This document shows, piece after piece, positions 1 through 9,834 of a DNA stretch of 64,000 bases. Positions within the stretch are counted from its first letter, which is position 1. Each line of letters starts with the position of its first letter. The stretch is taken from assembly GCA_041190885.1 (NCBI GenBank), contig JBEEPX010000099.1, positions 684 to 64,683 on the forward strand. Reading direction: 5' to 3'. Under the pieces are notes generated by a model. It was not told the origin of the DNA. It did no database searches and saw only the letters and a list, made by a program, of their open reading frames with translations. The stretch comes from Actinomycetota bacterium. Lineage in GTDB: Bacteria; Actinomycetota; Actinomycetes; Actinomycetales; Microbacteriaceae. The translations under genes and the position numbers were made by a program.

Positions 1-1071
1 CGTGGAGGATCTGACAAGCGCCAGGATGCGCCGGCCGGTCGTGCCCAACGCCGCGATGGTCAGGAATCTAGACCAAATTGGCAGGAGCGAGTCGCTCGTC
101 CTGTCGATTACGACAAGCCAAAGAGCCCGCCGATTCCAGATGAAATAACCGAAAAAGACTTAGAAATGGGCCTTCGAGCTCAGCTAAAGACCCTCACTCC
201 AGAGAATGCCGAGAAGGTCGCACGTCACCTTGTAATGGTTAACCTGCTAATCGAGCAGGATCCAGAACTGGCTCACAAGCACGCCGTGGCTGCCGCCGAA
301 CGCGCCGGCCGCATCGGCATGGTTCGTGAGGTTGTTGGTGTCACCGCTTACACGGTTGGCGAATACGCCCTGGCTCTTCGAGAATTGCTTACCTTTCGCC
401 GCATCTCTGGATCTAACGACCAGATTCCGGTGATGGTTGACTGTGAGCGTGGACTTGGTCGCCCAGATCGTGCACTTGAGCTTGGTCGTTCCGTAGACCG
501 TGCCTCGTTGCCGGTTAGCGTACGCGTTAACCTGGCCATTGCCATGTCTGGTGCACGCTTAGACCGTGGCGAGAATGACCTCGCTTTGGCCGAGCTGCAG
601 ATTGCCGAATTGAATCCGGCGAAAGTTTTTGATTATTCACCGGCGCTATTCCGTGCCTATGCCGACACCCTCGAGGTGCTTGGTAAGGCGACAGAATCAA
701 AGCACTGGTTCGATCTTGCCGATCGCGCCGAGCTCGCGCTTGCCGGAAACCCTGGTCCTGAGGATGAGTTAGTTGAGGTTCTCGAGGAGATCGAGATTCC
801 CGTGCTAGCCGAAAAGAAGGTTTGGGAACCGCGCGAAGGTGACGATCGTCCGCGTCGTGATGGCGGTGCTCCACGTCGTGATGGCGGTGCTCCACGTCGT
901 GATGGTGGTGCTCCACGTCGTGATGGTGACACCCCGCGTTACCCGCGTCGTGAGAACGACGCCCCGCGAACCGCCGCGCGCGACGAAGAGCGCCAGCCGC
1001 GCACCTTTGGTCGTGTGAACAAGTCGAGTGACAAACCGAGCGACAAGCCAAGTGATCAGCGTGACAGCTAA
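1..1071 (+). CDS. Conserved actinobacterial hypothetical protein (helical-repeat/TPR-like core, Arg/Asp/Gly-rich tails); 5'-truncated by the window edge
   Basis: Frame is open from base 1 (RGGSDKRQ...PPIPDEITEKDLEM) into the 166..1071 ORF. VARHLVM, YALALRELLTFRRISG and DCERGLGRPDRAL segments are typical of the gene preceding HAD-IIA/tlyA in Actinobacteria. Confidence 0.75.
   Translation, partial: RGGSDKRQDAPAGRAQRRDGQESRPNWQERVARPVDYDKPKSPPIPDEITEKDLEMGLRAQLKTLTPENAEKVARHLVMVNLLIEQDPELAHKHAVAAAERAGRIGMVREVVGVTAYTVGEYALALRELLTFRRISGSNDQIPVMVDCERGLGRPDRALELGRSVDRASLPVSVRVNLAIAMSGARLDRGENDLALAELQIAELNPAKVFDYSPALFRAYADTLEVLGKATESKHWFDLADRAELALAGNPGPEDELVEVLEEIEIPVLAEKKVWEPREGDDRPRRDGGAPRRDGGAPRRDGGAPRRDGDTPRYPRRENDAPRTAARDEERQPRTFGRVNKSSDKPSDKPSDQRDS
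853..927 (+). repeat. In-frame 21-bp tandem repeat, about 3.5 copies, encoding (RRDGGAP)n
   Basis: CGTCGTGATGG(C/T)GGTGCTCCA at 853, 874 and 895, plus a partial copy at 916. Confidence 0.95.
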
Positions 1072-2044
1072 CATCTGGGGTCAATACGATGTGCTTCTGG
1101 CCGACCTCGACGGGGTCGTCTATGAGGGAACTAAAGCAATCGAAGATGCGCCGGAGGCCATCCGTGTTCTGCAGCAGCAGGGGTTGCCGATCGGCTATGT
1201 GACCAACAACTCTTCTCGTAGACCCGAGGTAATTGCCGAGCAACTTGCCGGTTTTGGCGTGGTCACCGACCCGGATGCCATTATCGGCTCGGGCCAGGTT
1301 GGTGTTCAGCTTTTGGAAACGTTGGTGCCGGCTGGAGCCAAGGTTTTGGTAGTTGGCGGCGACGGTTTGCGTGCACGTGTTCTAGAAGGCGGATTTGAGC
1401 TAGTGGAGTCATCAGACGACCAGCCGGCCGCCGTAATTCAGGGCTTCGCCCCTGATGTTGCCTGGAAGCACCTTGCCGAAGCGGCATTCTCAATTCAGAA
1501 TGGCGCCAAGTGGGTAGCAACCAACTCTGACTGGACTTTGCCTCAGGAAAAGGGAATGGCGCCGGGCAACGGAACACTGGTTTCGGCGGTGCATACGGCG
1601 GTGGGTCAGCTTCCGCTTGTTGCCGGAAAACCTGAGCCAGCCATTTTCGAGGCTGCCGTAAAACACTTTTCTGCTCGACGTCCACTATTCATCGGCGATC
1701 GCATCGACACCGACGTCACCGGAGCTAATCGCGCCGGCATCGATTCGGTTTTGGTGCTGACCGGTGTTAGCACTCGAAAAGAAGTCCTCGGCATAAAGGT
1801 CGAAGGCCGCCCGACCTACATCATCGGTTCAATGGCCGAATTGCTGAAGCCGTACGACGCACCAAAGCAGACCAAACGCGGTTTTGCTTGCCGTGACGCT
1901 GCTGTCGAATTGCTTGGCAACAAGGTAGTTGTGACCGAGGGAGACCCCAAGAGCCTTTCGGCGCTTCGGGCTGCCTGCGCAGTGATTTATTCATCGGCTA
2001 CGCCAATCTATGGGCTGGACGTTGAGCCGGCTCTTTACGAATAG
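1061..2044 (+). CDS. HAD-IIA family hydrolase (NagD-like)
   Basis: DLDGVVY motif I, TNNS, GKP and GDRIDTD motifs. GTG at 1061 overlaps the upstream stop (ORF track start 1028). Confidence 0.92.
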   Translation: MTANIWGQYDVLLADLDGVVYEGTKAIEDAPEAIRVLQQQGLPIGYVTNNSSRRPEVIAEQLAGFGVVTDPDAIIGSGQVGVQLLETLVPAGAKVLVVGGDGLRARVLEGGFELVESSDDQPAAVIQGFAPDVAWKHLAEAAFSIQNGAKWVATNSDWTLPQEKGMAPGNGTLVSAVHTAVGQLPLVAGKPEPAIFEAAVKHFSARRPLFIGDRIDTDVTGANRAGIDSVLVLTGVSTRKEVLGIKVEGRPTYIIGSMAELLKPYDAPKQTKRGFACRDAAVELLGNKVVVTEGDPKSLSALRAACAVIYSSATPIYGLDVEPALYE

Positions 2045-2053
2045 GCTAGAAGC

Positions 2054-2236
2054 ATGTCAGAGGACCTAATCGCCCAAGTTGCCAACGAGGTTGAGCGCAT
2101 AACTGCCTTGCCTTTGGAGGAGCAGCCGAACGCTTTTGGTTTGATTCGCGACGAACTCGAATCGGTTCTAAACGGCGCCGAGTCTTCGCTTCTGAATGCT
2201 GCGGGTGCCGCACCCGCCTCAAAGCCGGGCGAGTAA
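2054..2236 (+). CDS. Small hypothetical helical protein (60 aa)
   Basis: Fills the HAD-tlyA gap, where actinobacteria commonly have a small ORF (LPLEEQ...F..I.DEL...L). TAGGCT -10 lies 6 nt upstream. Confidence 0.7.
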   Translation: MSEDLIAQVANEVERITALPLEEQPNAFGLIRDELESVLNGAESSLLNAAGAAPASKPGE

Positions 2237-2238
2237 AT

Positions 2239-3042
2239 TTGCGTATTGACGTCGCGCTAGTTGAACGCGGCCTAGCCCGTTCGCGAAATCACGCTGCCAC
2301 CATGGTTGAAGCCGAGAGGGTTTTGATCAATGGCAAGCCCGCGCGCAAGGCCTCTCAAACCACTTTGGAAACCGATCAAATCAAGGTTCTCGAGGCTGTC
2401 GATTATGTTTCACGAGCTGGCCACAAACTTGCCCGCGCTCTCGACGTGTTCAGCCAGATTGAACTAGTCGACCGTGTGGCTTTAGATGTGGGGGCATCGA
2501 CCGGTGGATTCACCGATGTGCTTCTTCGCCGCGGGGTGGCAAAAGTCTTTGCAATCGATGTCGGTCATGATCAGATCGTTCCCGAGCTTCTTGAAAACAA
2601 GAAGGTTGTCAGCATCGAGGGCTTCAATGCGCGCGAGCTTTCGCCTGAGACACTCGCCGAGCGAGCTGGTCAGGCTGTTCCTGAAATCGACGTGGTAGTC
2701 GGAGATTTGTCTTTCATTTCGCTGACACTGGTTCTTAAGCAGATGCTTTCGGTGGCGCCAAACGCCGACTTTGTTCTCTTGGTCAAACCTCAGTTCGAGG
2801 TAGGAAAACAGTCGCTTAGCGCGCATGGTCTGGTGACTGATCATCGCTTGCGTGCCGGTGCCATAAAGCAGGTCGTCGAAGAAGCCAACTCGCTGGGCAT
2901 GGGCATCCGAGGTCTAGAAAGATCTGAGCTGCCTGGCACTCACGGGAATGTTGAATACTTGCTGTGGATTTCTCCTAACGAACCTAAAAATGCGTCAAAA
3001 TGGGTAGACCGAATTGAATCGATCGCCAAGGAGCCGAGATGA
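2239..3042 (+). CDS. tlyA: TlyA family 16S/23S rRNA 2'-O-methyltransferase
   Basis: N-terminal S4 domain (RIDVALVERGLARSR); YVSRAGHKL, LDVGASTGGFT, DLSFISL, KPQFEVG, GNVEY. Confidence 0.96.
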   Translation: MRIDVALVERGLARSRNHAATMVEAERVLINGKPARKASQTTLETDQIKVLEAVDYVSRAGHKLARALDVFSQIELVDRVALDVGASTGGFTDVLLRRGVAKVFAIDVGHDQIVPELLENKKVVSIEGFNARELSPETLAERAGQAVPEIDVVVGDLSFISLTLVLKQMLSVAPNADFVLLVKPQFEVGKQSLSAHGLVTDHRLRAGAIKQVVEEANSLGMGIRGLERSELPGTHGNVEYLLWISPNEPKNASKWVDRIESIAKEPR

Positions 3043-4007
3043 CCGAGTCACGTTTTGTGCTGGTCGTTTCGCACACCCGACGTGAAGACGCCATTGCCGC
3101 AGCTTTAGAAGCCTGTGGTCAGCTAATTTCGGCGGGCATAACGCCGGTCATGACAGCGTTGGAACTGCAAGAGCTTCGAACCTTTTCGGACTCACAGGAA
3201 CAAAACGCCAATTCGGTTTCTAACCCTGCAGCGGTCGCCGCTCAAGTATTAGAGCTCGGTTTGCACTGTGCGTTAGCCCAGATTGAACTTGCGATGGTTC
3301 TAGGCGGTGACGGCACTATTCTCAAGGCCGCAGAGATCGTTCGCGAATTCGAGATTCCATTGATGGGAATCAATCTTGGACACGTGGGTTTTCTTGCCGA
3401 GAGCGAGCGCGATGGGTTGAACGATGCGGTTCAGCGAATCGTAGAGCGCGACTACATCGTGAAAGAGCGAATGGCTCTTGACGTAGCTGTGATTGTTGAA
3501 GGTCGAGAGGTATTTCACACCTGGGCCTTGAACGAAGCAACCATCGAAAAAAGCGCGCGTGAGCGCATGCTTGAGGTTGTGGTTGAGGTCGAAGAGCACC
3601 CGCTATCGAGCTTTGGCTGCGACGGCATTGTGATGGCTACGCCAACCGGTTCGACCGCCTACGCGTTCTCGGCAGGTGGCCCTGTTGTTTGGCCGTCTGT
3701 TGAAGCTCTTTTGCTCGTGCCATTGAGCGCCCACGCTCTTTTTGCGCGTCCACTTGTGGTGAAGCCCGAGGCGATGATGGCTGTCGAGGTTTTGAAGCGC
3801 AGCTCTGGATACGGAGTTTTGTGGTGTGACGGTCGCAGAACTTGGGAGTTGCCGCCGGGTGCCCGAGTCGAGGTTCGCAAATCCGAGAAACCTGTTCTTT
3901 TGGCTCGTCTTCGCCAGAGCACCTTTACTGACCGTTTGGTTCGCAAGTTCTCATTGCCGGTAGCCGGCTGGCGAGGGCCAGACGACAACTCGGCAAACCG
4001 TGGATAA
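3039..4007 (+). CDS. nadK: NAD+ kinase
   Basis: GGDGT, LNE and TPTGSTAY motifs; tlyA-nadK-recN synteny. Confidence 0.97.
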   Translation: MTESRFVLVVSHTRREDAIAAALEACGQLISAGITPVMTALELQELRTFSDSQEQNANSVSNPAAVAAQVLELGLHCALAQIELAMVLGGDGTILKAAEIVREFEIPLMGINLGHVGFLAESERDGLNDAVQRIVERDYIVKERMALDVAVIVEGREVFHTWALNEATIEKSARERMLEVVVEVEEHPLSSFGCDGIVMATPTGSTAYAFSAGGPVVWPSVEALLLVPLSAHALFARPLVVKPEAMMAVEVLKRSSGYGVLWCDGRRTWELPPGARVEVRKSEKPVLLARLRQSTFTDRLVRKFSLPVAGWRGPDDNSANRG

Positions 4008-4009
4008 AG

Positions 4010-5707
4010 ATGCTCGAAGAAATCTACATTCGTGATCTTGGAGTAATTCAAGAAGCCCGACTCGGTTTTAAGTCGGGTCTGACTGTGCTGACTGGTGAAA
4101 CCGGAGCCGGTAAAACCATGGTTCTAACCGCACTTGGTTTGCTGCTTGGCGAACGTGGCGACAGCTCAGCTGTCAGAAGAGGTCAAGAGCAGGCCTATGT
4201 CGAGGGTCGCTGGTTTGTTCCCGGCAATGAATTTGTCGCCGAGAAGCTCAGCGAAGTCGGAGCCAGCGGTGGCGACGGTGAGCTCATTCTGAACCGATCC
4301 GTTTCGGCAGAGGGGCGAAGTCGTGCCTCGCTTTCTGGTCGCGCGATCCCCGTGAATGTTTTAGCCGAGTTGGGTGATCAGCTCGTTGTCGTGCATGGGC
4401 AATCAGACCAGCTTCGACTCAAGTCGGCTTCAGCGCAACGCGAGGCACTAGATCAGTTTGCCGGGAGTGAATTTCTGGACCTGCTGGCTAAATACCGACA
4501 GGCTTTTGAATCTCATCGTGAACTTGCGGCGAAACTTGTCGCGATCAAGCAATCGATCTCCGAGCGCTCGGCTGAAGCCGAAGGCCTGAAAGTTTTGTTC
4601 GAAGAATTTGAGCGAGTTCAGCCCATTGCAGGCGAAGATCAACAGCTTGCCGAACTGGCAAATCGCCTCACTTACGTCGAGGAGTTGCGCGCCTCGGCAA
4701 TCGCCGCTCATGAGGCGTTGTCTTCAGAGGGTTTCGACTCGGCGCCGGACGCAATTGGGCTTGTTGGTATAGCCCGTAAGCAACTGGAGCACGTGTCCGA
4801 ACACGACCCTGAGCTAGCGAGACTAGCCCAGCTTGCTAAAGAAATCGGATATCAACTTGGTGAATTGGCGACCGATCTATCGAGCTACGTTTCTGGGCTC
4901 GAAGGCGATGGGGCGAACGATCTCGAGCTAGTTCAAAGTCGTCGAGCCGTGTTGAACGCTTTGATTCGAAAGCATGGCGAAACCCTTGAGGATGTCTTTG
5001 TTTTTGCCCGCTCTGCATCGGACCGCCTGCTTGAACTTGATTCATCATCGGAACGCATTGAAGCCCTCGAGGAAGAGGTTGCCAAAGCTGGTCGATTGAT
5101 GGCCGAGTTGGCCGCCGAAGTCAGTCGCCGCAGAGAAGCGGCCGCAAAGTCTCTAGCCGACGAGGTCACCCAGGAACTTAAAGCGCTGGCAATGTCCGGT
5201 TCTTCGCTCGTTGTCGCGGTTACCGAATCGGCCGAATTTTCGAGCCACGGTAAAGACAACGTGTCGATTCAGCTTTCGTCTTATCCGGGCGCAGAACCAC
5301 GACCGCTTGGCAAAGGTGCCAGCGGGGGAGAGCTAAGTCGAATCATGCTCGCCATCGAAGTCGTTCTAGCCAAAACAGCTACGGTTGCCACCTTTATTTT
5401 TGATGAAGTCGATGCTGGTGTCGGCGGTGCCGCGGCCATCGAGGTTGGCAGACGACTTGCCAAATTGGCTAATCAAGCTCAGGTCATAGTCGTTACGCAC
5501 CTTGCCCAGGTGGCCGCATTCGCGAATCACCACTTGAACGTTCTCAAAACCACTGGCCAAGAGTTCACAGTTAGCGACGTTGTCGCTCTGACCGAATCGC
5601 AGCGGGTCACGGAGCTGGCTCGCATGCTTTCGGGTCTTGGCGATTCGCAATCGGCCCAGTCGCACGCCGCCGAACTGCTGACCCTCGCAAGGGCAGAAAT
5701 TCGTTAA
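4010..5707 (+). CDS. recN: DNA repair protein RecN
   Basis: Walker A TGETGAGKT, signature ASGGELSR, Walker B FDEVDAG, VTHLAQVA. Confidence 0.98.
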   Translation: MLEEIYIRDLGVIQEARLGFKSGLTVLTGETGAGKTMVLTALGLLLGERGDSSAVRRGQEQAYVEGRWFVPGNEFVAEKLSEVGASGGDGELILNRSVSAEGRSRASLSGRAIPVNVLAELGDQLVVVHGQSDQLRLKSASAQREALDQFAGSEFLDLLAKYRQAFESHRELAAKLVAIKQSISERSAEAEGLKVLFEEFERVQPIAGEDQQLAELANRLTYVEELRASAIAAHEALSSEGFDSAPDAIGLVGIARKQLEHVSEHDPELARLAQLAKEIGYQLGELATDLSSYVSGLEGDGANDLELVQSRRAVLNALIRKHGETLEDVFVFARSASDRLLELDSSSERIEALEEEVAKAGRLMAELAAEVSRRREAAAKSLADEVTQELKALAMSGSSLVVAVTESAEFSSHGKDNVSIQLSSYPGAEPRPLGKGASGGELSRIMLAIEVVLAKTATVATFIFDEVDAGVGGAAAIEVGRRLAKLANQAQVIVVTHLAQVAAFANHHLNVLKTTGQEFTVSDVVALTESQRVTELARMLSGLGDSQSAQSHAAELLTLARAEIR

Positions 5708-5754
5708 AAAGTCACGCCACTTTCGTGTTGTCGGGCGTTTCGCAATCTAGCGAA

Positions 5755-5788
5755 TGGTAGGCTGAAGTTCCATGGCAGAAGCTTTGGA
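5755..5788 (+). promoter_or_regulatory. pyrG promoter: extended -10 (TGG-TAGGCT), TCCA start window and 5' hairpin over the AUG
   Basis: TAGGCT at 5758-5763, no SD before ATG 5772, and UCCAUGGC-AGAA-GCUUUGGA hairpin at 5769-5788. Confidence 0.6.
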
Positions 5789-7448
5789 TTCCGGTAGAAC
5801 ACGTCACATTTTCGTCACCGGAGGTGTTGCATCATCACTCGGTAAGGGCCTTACCGCCTCGAGTCTCGGCAACCTTCTTCGTGCACGCGGCCTAAAGGTC
5901 GTGATGCAGAAACTAGACCCGTATCTAAACGTTGACCCGGGCACCATGAACCCTTTTCAGCACGGTGAAGTCTTCGTAACCGATGATGGCGCCGAGACCG
6001 ATCTAGACATCGGTCACTACGAGCGCTTCCTAGACATAAATTTGGGCCAGTCAGCTAACGTGACCACCGGCCAGATTTACTCAACCGTTATTGCTCGCGA
6101 GCGTCGCGGCGAGTACCTGGGTGACACCGTTCAGGTAATCCCGCACATCACCGATGAAATCAAGCGCCGCATGCGTTTGCAGGCTCACGAGACTCCAGCT
6201 CCAGACGTAATCATCACCGAAATCGGTGGAACCGTCGGCGACATCGAGTCTCAGCCTTTCCTCGAGGCGGCTCGTCAGGTTCGCCACGAAGTTGGTCGCG
6301 ACAACGTTTTCTATGTTCACGTATCTTTGGTTCCTTACCTTGCTGCTTCGGGTGAGCTAAAGACCAAGCCAACCCAGCACTCGGTTGCCACCCTGCGCTC
6401 AATCGGTATCCAGCCAGACGCAGTGGTTTGTCGAAGCGACCGCGAGTTGCCCGATGGCATCAAGAACAAGATCGCGCTGATGTGCGACATCGACAAGAGC
6501 GCTGTCGTTACCGCTGCAGATGCTTCGAGCATCTACGACGTGCCTAAGGTTCTTAACGACCAGGGTCTCGACGCCTACATCGTGAAGAAATTTGGATTCC
6601 CAGACAGCACCGTTGACTGGAGCCGTTGGCAGACCGTTTTGGATGCTGTACACAACCCGAAGCACGAGGTTCGCATTGCGCTCGTGGGTAAGTACATCGA
6701 CCTTCCAGACGCCTACCTATCGGTAACCGAGGCGCTTCGAGCTGGTGGCTTTGCCAACATGTCGAAGGTTCACATCAAGTGGGTTGCTTCTGACACCTGT
6801 GAGACCCCTGAAGGTGCCGCGGCTCAGCTTGGCGACGTGGACGCAATCTGTGTACCAGGTGGATTCGGCGTTCGAGGAATCGAAGGAAAACTTGGTGCGC
6901 TGACCTACGCTCGCGAGAACAAGATTCCAACCCTTGGCCTTTGCCTAGGTCTTCAGTGCATGGTCATCGAGTATGCCCGCACCAAGGCCGGACTGGCTGG
7001 TGCTTCGTCGACCGAATTCGACCCAGAAGCCCAGTATCCGGTCATCGCAACCATGGCCGAGCAGGTAGACATTCTTGCCTCTGGCGACATGGGCGGAACC
7101 ATGCGTCTGGGCCTCTACGAAGCAAAGTTGAAGCCTGGCTCAATCGTTGCTGAGGTTTACGGGGCCGAGTCAATCGAAGAGCGTCACCGTCACCGCTACG
7201 AGGTCAACAACACCTATCGTCAGCAGATCGCGGATGCCGGCTTGGTGTTCTCGGGCACTTCACCAGACGACCACCTCGTTGAATTTGTTGAGTTGCCTCG
7301 CGAGGTTCACCCTTACTACGTTGCAACCCAGGCTCACCCTGAGTTCCGTTCACGTCCGACCAACGCGCACCCGTTGTTCCGTGGCCTTGTGGCCGCAGCA
7401 ATCAAGCGTCAAGAGTCAAACAAGCTCTTTGAGGTCAAGGATGCCTAA
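5772..7448 (+). CDS. pyrG: CTP synthase
   Basis: [28 protein letters not shown]; glutaminase [15 protein letters not shown] and HPE motifs. Confidence 0.99.
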   Translation: MAEALDSGRTRHIFVTGGVASSLGKGLTASSLGNLLRARGLKVVMQKLDPYLNVDPGTMNPFQHGEVFVTDDGAETDLDIGHYERFLDINLGQSANVTTGQIYSTVIARERRGEYLGDTVQVIPHITDEIKRRMRLQAHETPAPDVIITEIGGTVGDIESQPFLEAARQVRHEVGRDNVFYVHVSLVPYLAASGELKTKPTQHSVATLRSIGIQPDAVVCRSDRELPDGIKNKIALMCDIDKSAVVTAADASSIYDVPKVLNDQGLDAYIVKKFGFPDSTVDWSRWQTVLDAVHNPKHEVRIALVGKYIDLPDAYLSVTEALRAGGFANMSKVHIKWVASDTCETPEGAAAQLGDVDAICVPGGFGVRGIEGKLGALTYARENKIPTLGLCLGLQCMVIEYARTKAGLAGASSTEFDPEAQYPVIATMAEQVDILASGDMGGTMRLGLYEAKLKPGSIVAEVYGAESIEERHRHRYEVNNTYRQQIADAGLVFSGTSPDDHLVEFVELPREVHPYYVATQAHPEFRSRPTNAHPLFRGLVAAAIKRQESNKLFEVKDA

Positions 7449-8010
7449 AGATCGCCCCGCTTCTCTCGGCATTGCCGAGAGCGAGGTTGTCTTTCACGGC
7501 AAAATCTGGGACATCACCAGAGAAACTTTTGATTACAACGGCGAACCTCTGGTTCGTGAGTTTGTCTCGCATCCGGGCGCAGTTGCGGTGATTGCACTCA
7601 ATGACGCGGGCGAGGTTCTGCTCATCAACCAATATCGCCATCCGGTTCGCGAGTATCTCTGGGAAATTCCAGCAGGGCTCCTGGATGTGCCTGGCGAAGC
7701 CAAGCTAGAGGCAGCAAAGCGCGAGTTGCTTGAGGAAACTGGCTACATCGCCGCGGAATGGTCTGATCTCATCGAGTTTCACACCACGCCAGGCGGAAAC
7801 AACGAAACCATTGCCATTTTTCTAGCCAAGGGCCTTCGACATCAAGGGCATGACTTTGAGCTAGAGGGCGAAGAAACCGACATGGATTTGGCCTGGGTGC
7901 CACTTGAGGAAGCCGTCTCAAGTGTTTTGACTTCGCAGATGCGCAGCCCGAGTGCCGCGGTTGGTTTGATGGCCTTGGCTCTCAAGCTTGGCATCAAGGC
8001 AAATGGCTAA
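7441..8010 (+). CDS. NUDIX hydrolase (ADP-ribose pyrophosphatase-like)
   Basis: Nudix box [23 protein letters not shown]; HPGAV and QYRHP. ATG 7441 has a GAGG-like SD; usual pyrG-NUDIX-xerD order. Confidence 0.93.
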   Translation: MPKDRPASLGIAESEVVFHGKIWDITRETFDYNGEPLVREFVSHPGAVAVIALNDAGEVLLINQYRHPVREYLWEIPAGLLDVPGEAKLEAAKRELLEETGYIAAEWSDLIEFHTTPGGNNETIAIFLAKGLRHQGHDFELEGEETDMDLAWVPLEEAVSSVLTSQMRSPSAAVGLMALALKLGIKANG

Positions 8011-8935
8011 CCTAAAGCCATTTGCAGAAGCCTACCTCAGGCATCTTGCCATTGAGCGGGGTGTGGCTAAGAACACTCTCGCCGCATACTCTCGAGACTT
8101 GAATCGCTACTTTGACTTTCTTGACAAAATTGCAGTCTCAGAACCAAGCGACATTAGTGAGCTGAACATCGTCGCTTTCGGCGAACAATTGACCGCTCGT
8201 TACGGTCTCAAGAGTTCATCAGTTGCTCGAGTTCTAGCTGCCGTGCGAGGCATCCACCGTTTTTGGTTGCTTGAGAACATCACCCAAGGCGATGTGGCAG
8301 CCACAGTCAAACCGCCAAAGCTCAGGCGCAATCTGCCAAAGGCAATCAGTTTGGCTCAGGTCGAGGCTCTTTTGGCGGCAGCTGGCCCCGACCCACAAAA
8401 CACGGATGGCGTGCTGGCAGACGACATCGCGATTCGAAACCGAGCAATTCTAGAAATGCTTTACGCCACCGGTGCTCGAGTTTCTGAAGTGGTCAATTTA
8501 GACCTTGACGATGTGATCGAAAGCTCGATGGTTCGCCTGTTTGGTAAGGGCTCGAAGGAGCGGCTGGTGCCGATGGGCAGCTATGCACTCAGGGCGCTGG
8601 AAGCATACCTGGTTAGGGTTCGACCGGGGCTCGTTGTTCGCGGCAAGGGAACCCCAGCAATCTTTCTGAATCAGCGGGGTGGACGGCTTTCGAGACAGAG
8701 CGCTTGGCAGATAATCGCCGATGCCGCCGAAGCGGCCAACCTGCCCGGCGAAATTTCACCTCACACCCTGCGCCACTCGTTTGCAACTCATTTGCTCGAA
8801 GGTGGGGCAGACGTGAGAGTCGTGCAGGAACTACTGGGGCATTCATCGGTCACGACGACCCAGATTTACACGCTGGTTACGGTTGATGCGCTTCGCGAGA
8901 TTTATGCCGCGGCGCACCCCAGAGCCCGCAAATAG
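8003..8935 (+). CDS. xerD: Site-specific tyrosine recombinase XerD
   Basis: LYATGARVSE, GKGSKER, HTLRHSFATHLL, QELLGH and TTQIY; conserved chromosomal position. Confidence 0.95.
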   Translation: MANLKPFAEAYLRHLAIERGVAKNTLAAYSRDLNRYFDFLDKIAVSEPSDISELNIVAFGEQLTARYGLKSSSVARVLAAVRGIHRFWLLENITQGDVAATVKPPKLRRNLPKAISLAQVEALLAAAGPDPQNTDGVLADDIAIRNRAILEMLYATGARVSEVVNLDLDDVIESSMVRLFGKGSKERLVPMGSYALRALEAYLVRVRPGLVVRGKGTPAIFLNQRGGRLSRQSAWQIIADAAEAANLPGEISPHTLRHSFATHLLEGGADVRVVQELLGHSSVTTTQIYTLVTVDALREIYAAAHPRARK

Positions 8936-8994
8936 CGGCCTCGGCAAGAGTAGGCTATAGGTGCAAGTGCAAAGCGTAATTTCGGGAGGAAATA

Positions 8995-9834
8995 ATGGCT
9001 AAGGTTTCAAAGTCGGCAACGGATAACCGTTTCGCCACGCCTAAGCCCCTGACCAGCCACGGCCCGGCGCGAATCATTGCCATGTGCAACCAAAAGGGTG
9101 GCGTTGGCAAGACCACCACGAGCATCAACATGTCAGCAGCGCTCGCCGAATACGGTCGCAAGGTGCTGTTGGTTGACTACGACCCTCAAGGCGCTTTGTC
9201 AGCCGGTCTTGGCGTAAACGCTCACGACGCAATCACAATCTACGATCTGATGCTCGACAAGAACATCGATCCAAAGACCGCTATTCAGCACACCGCGACT
9301 CCAAACCTTGATGTGATTCCGGCAAACATCGAGCTTTCGGCGGCCGAAATGAAGCTGGTCAACGAGATGGCGCGAGAGCGCATCTTGGCTGGCATCTTGA
9401 AGCGCGTTGCCGACGACTATGACGTGATCATCGTCGACTGCCAGCCATCGCTGGGTTTGCTAACTGTAAACGCCTTGACGGCGGCTCACGGCGTGATCAT
9501 TCCGCTGGCCACCGAATTCTTCGCCCTTCGCGGCGTAGCCATCCTTGAAGACATCGTTAGCAAGGTTCAGGAGGGGCTAAACCCGGCTCTTCAGCTAGAT
9601 GGCATTCTGGCGACCATGTTTGACCCTCGTACTCTGCACTCGCGTGAAGTGCTCGAGCGCCTGCACGACGCGTTTGGCGAGAAGGTTTTCAAGAGCGTGA
9701 TCAACCGAACCGTCAAGTTCCCAGACGCAACTGTGGCTCAGGCGCCGATTACCTCTTATGCTCCTGATTCTGAAGCGGCCAGCGCCTATCGCACCGTGGC
9801 AAGAGAGCTGGTCTCTCGTGGCTGTGCCCCTTAA
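8995..9834 (+). CDS. ParA family ATPase (Rv1708/PldP-like, upstream of scpAB)
   Basis: Deviant Walker A NQKGGVGKTT, DYDPQG and DCQPSLG; xerD-parA-scpA-scpB synteny. Confidence 0.93.
   Translation: MAKVSKSATDNRFATPKPLTSHGPARIIAMCNQKGGVGKTTTSINMSAALAEYGRKVLLVDYDPQGALSAGLGVNAHDAITIYDLMLDKNIDPKTAIQHTATPNLDVIPANIELSAAEMKLVNEMARERILAGILKRVADDYDVIIVDCQPSLGLLTVNALTAAHGVIIPLATEFFALRGVAILEDIVSKVQEGLNPALQLDGILATMFDPRTLHSREVLERLHDAFGEKVFKSVINRTVKFPDATVAQAPITSYAPDSEAASAYRTVARELVSRGCAP

Noticed and set aside
853-927. Possible CRISPR array
   Set aside because: Head-to-tail repeats with no spacers, in frame within a CDS, and no cas genes.
527-1243. Antisense ORF with His-rich repeats (HHHDVEHHHHDVEH)
   Set aside because: This is just the reverse-strand reading of the 21-bp RRDGGAP repeat, with no independent support.
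7147-7440. Long N-terminal extensions in the ORF track (NUDIX, scpA, tyrA, der, pyc, rsmH, murD, nrdR) suggesting large overlaps or frameshift fusions
   Set aside because: Family similarity begins at downstream starts that have an SD or stop/start coupling. No slippery site was noticed.
8003-8935. Tyrosine recombinase as a prophage or island integrase
   Set aside because: XerD-like sequence in its conserved chromosomal context; no att repeats, tRNA or cargo genes.
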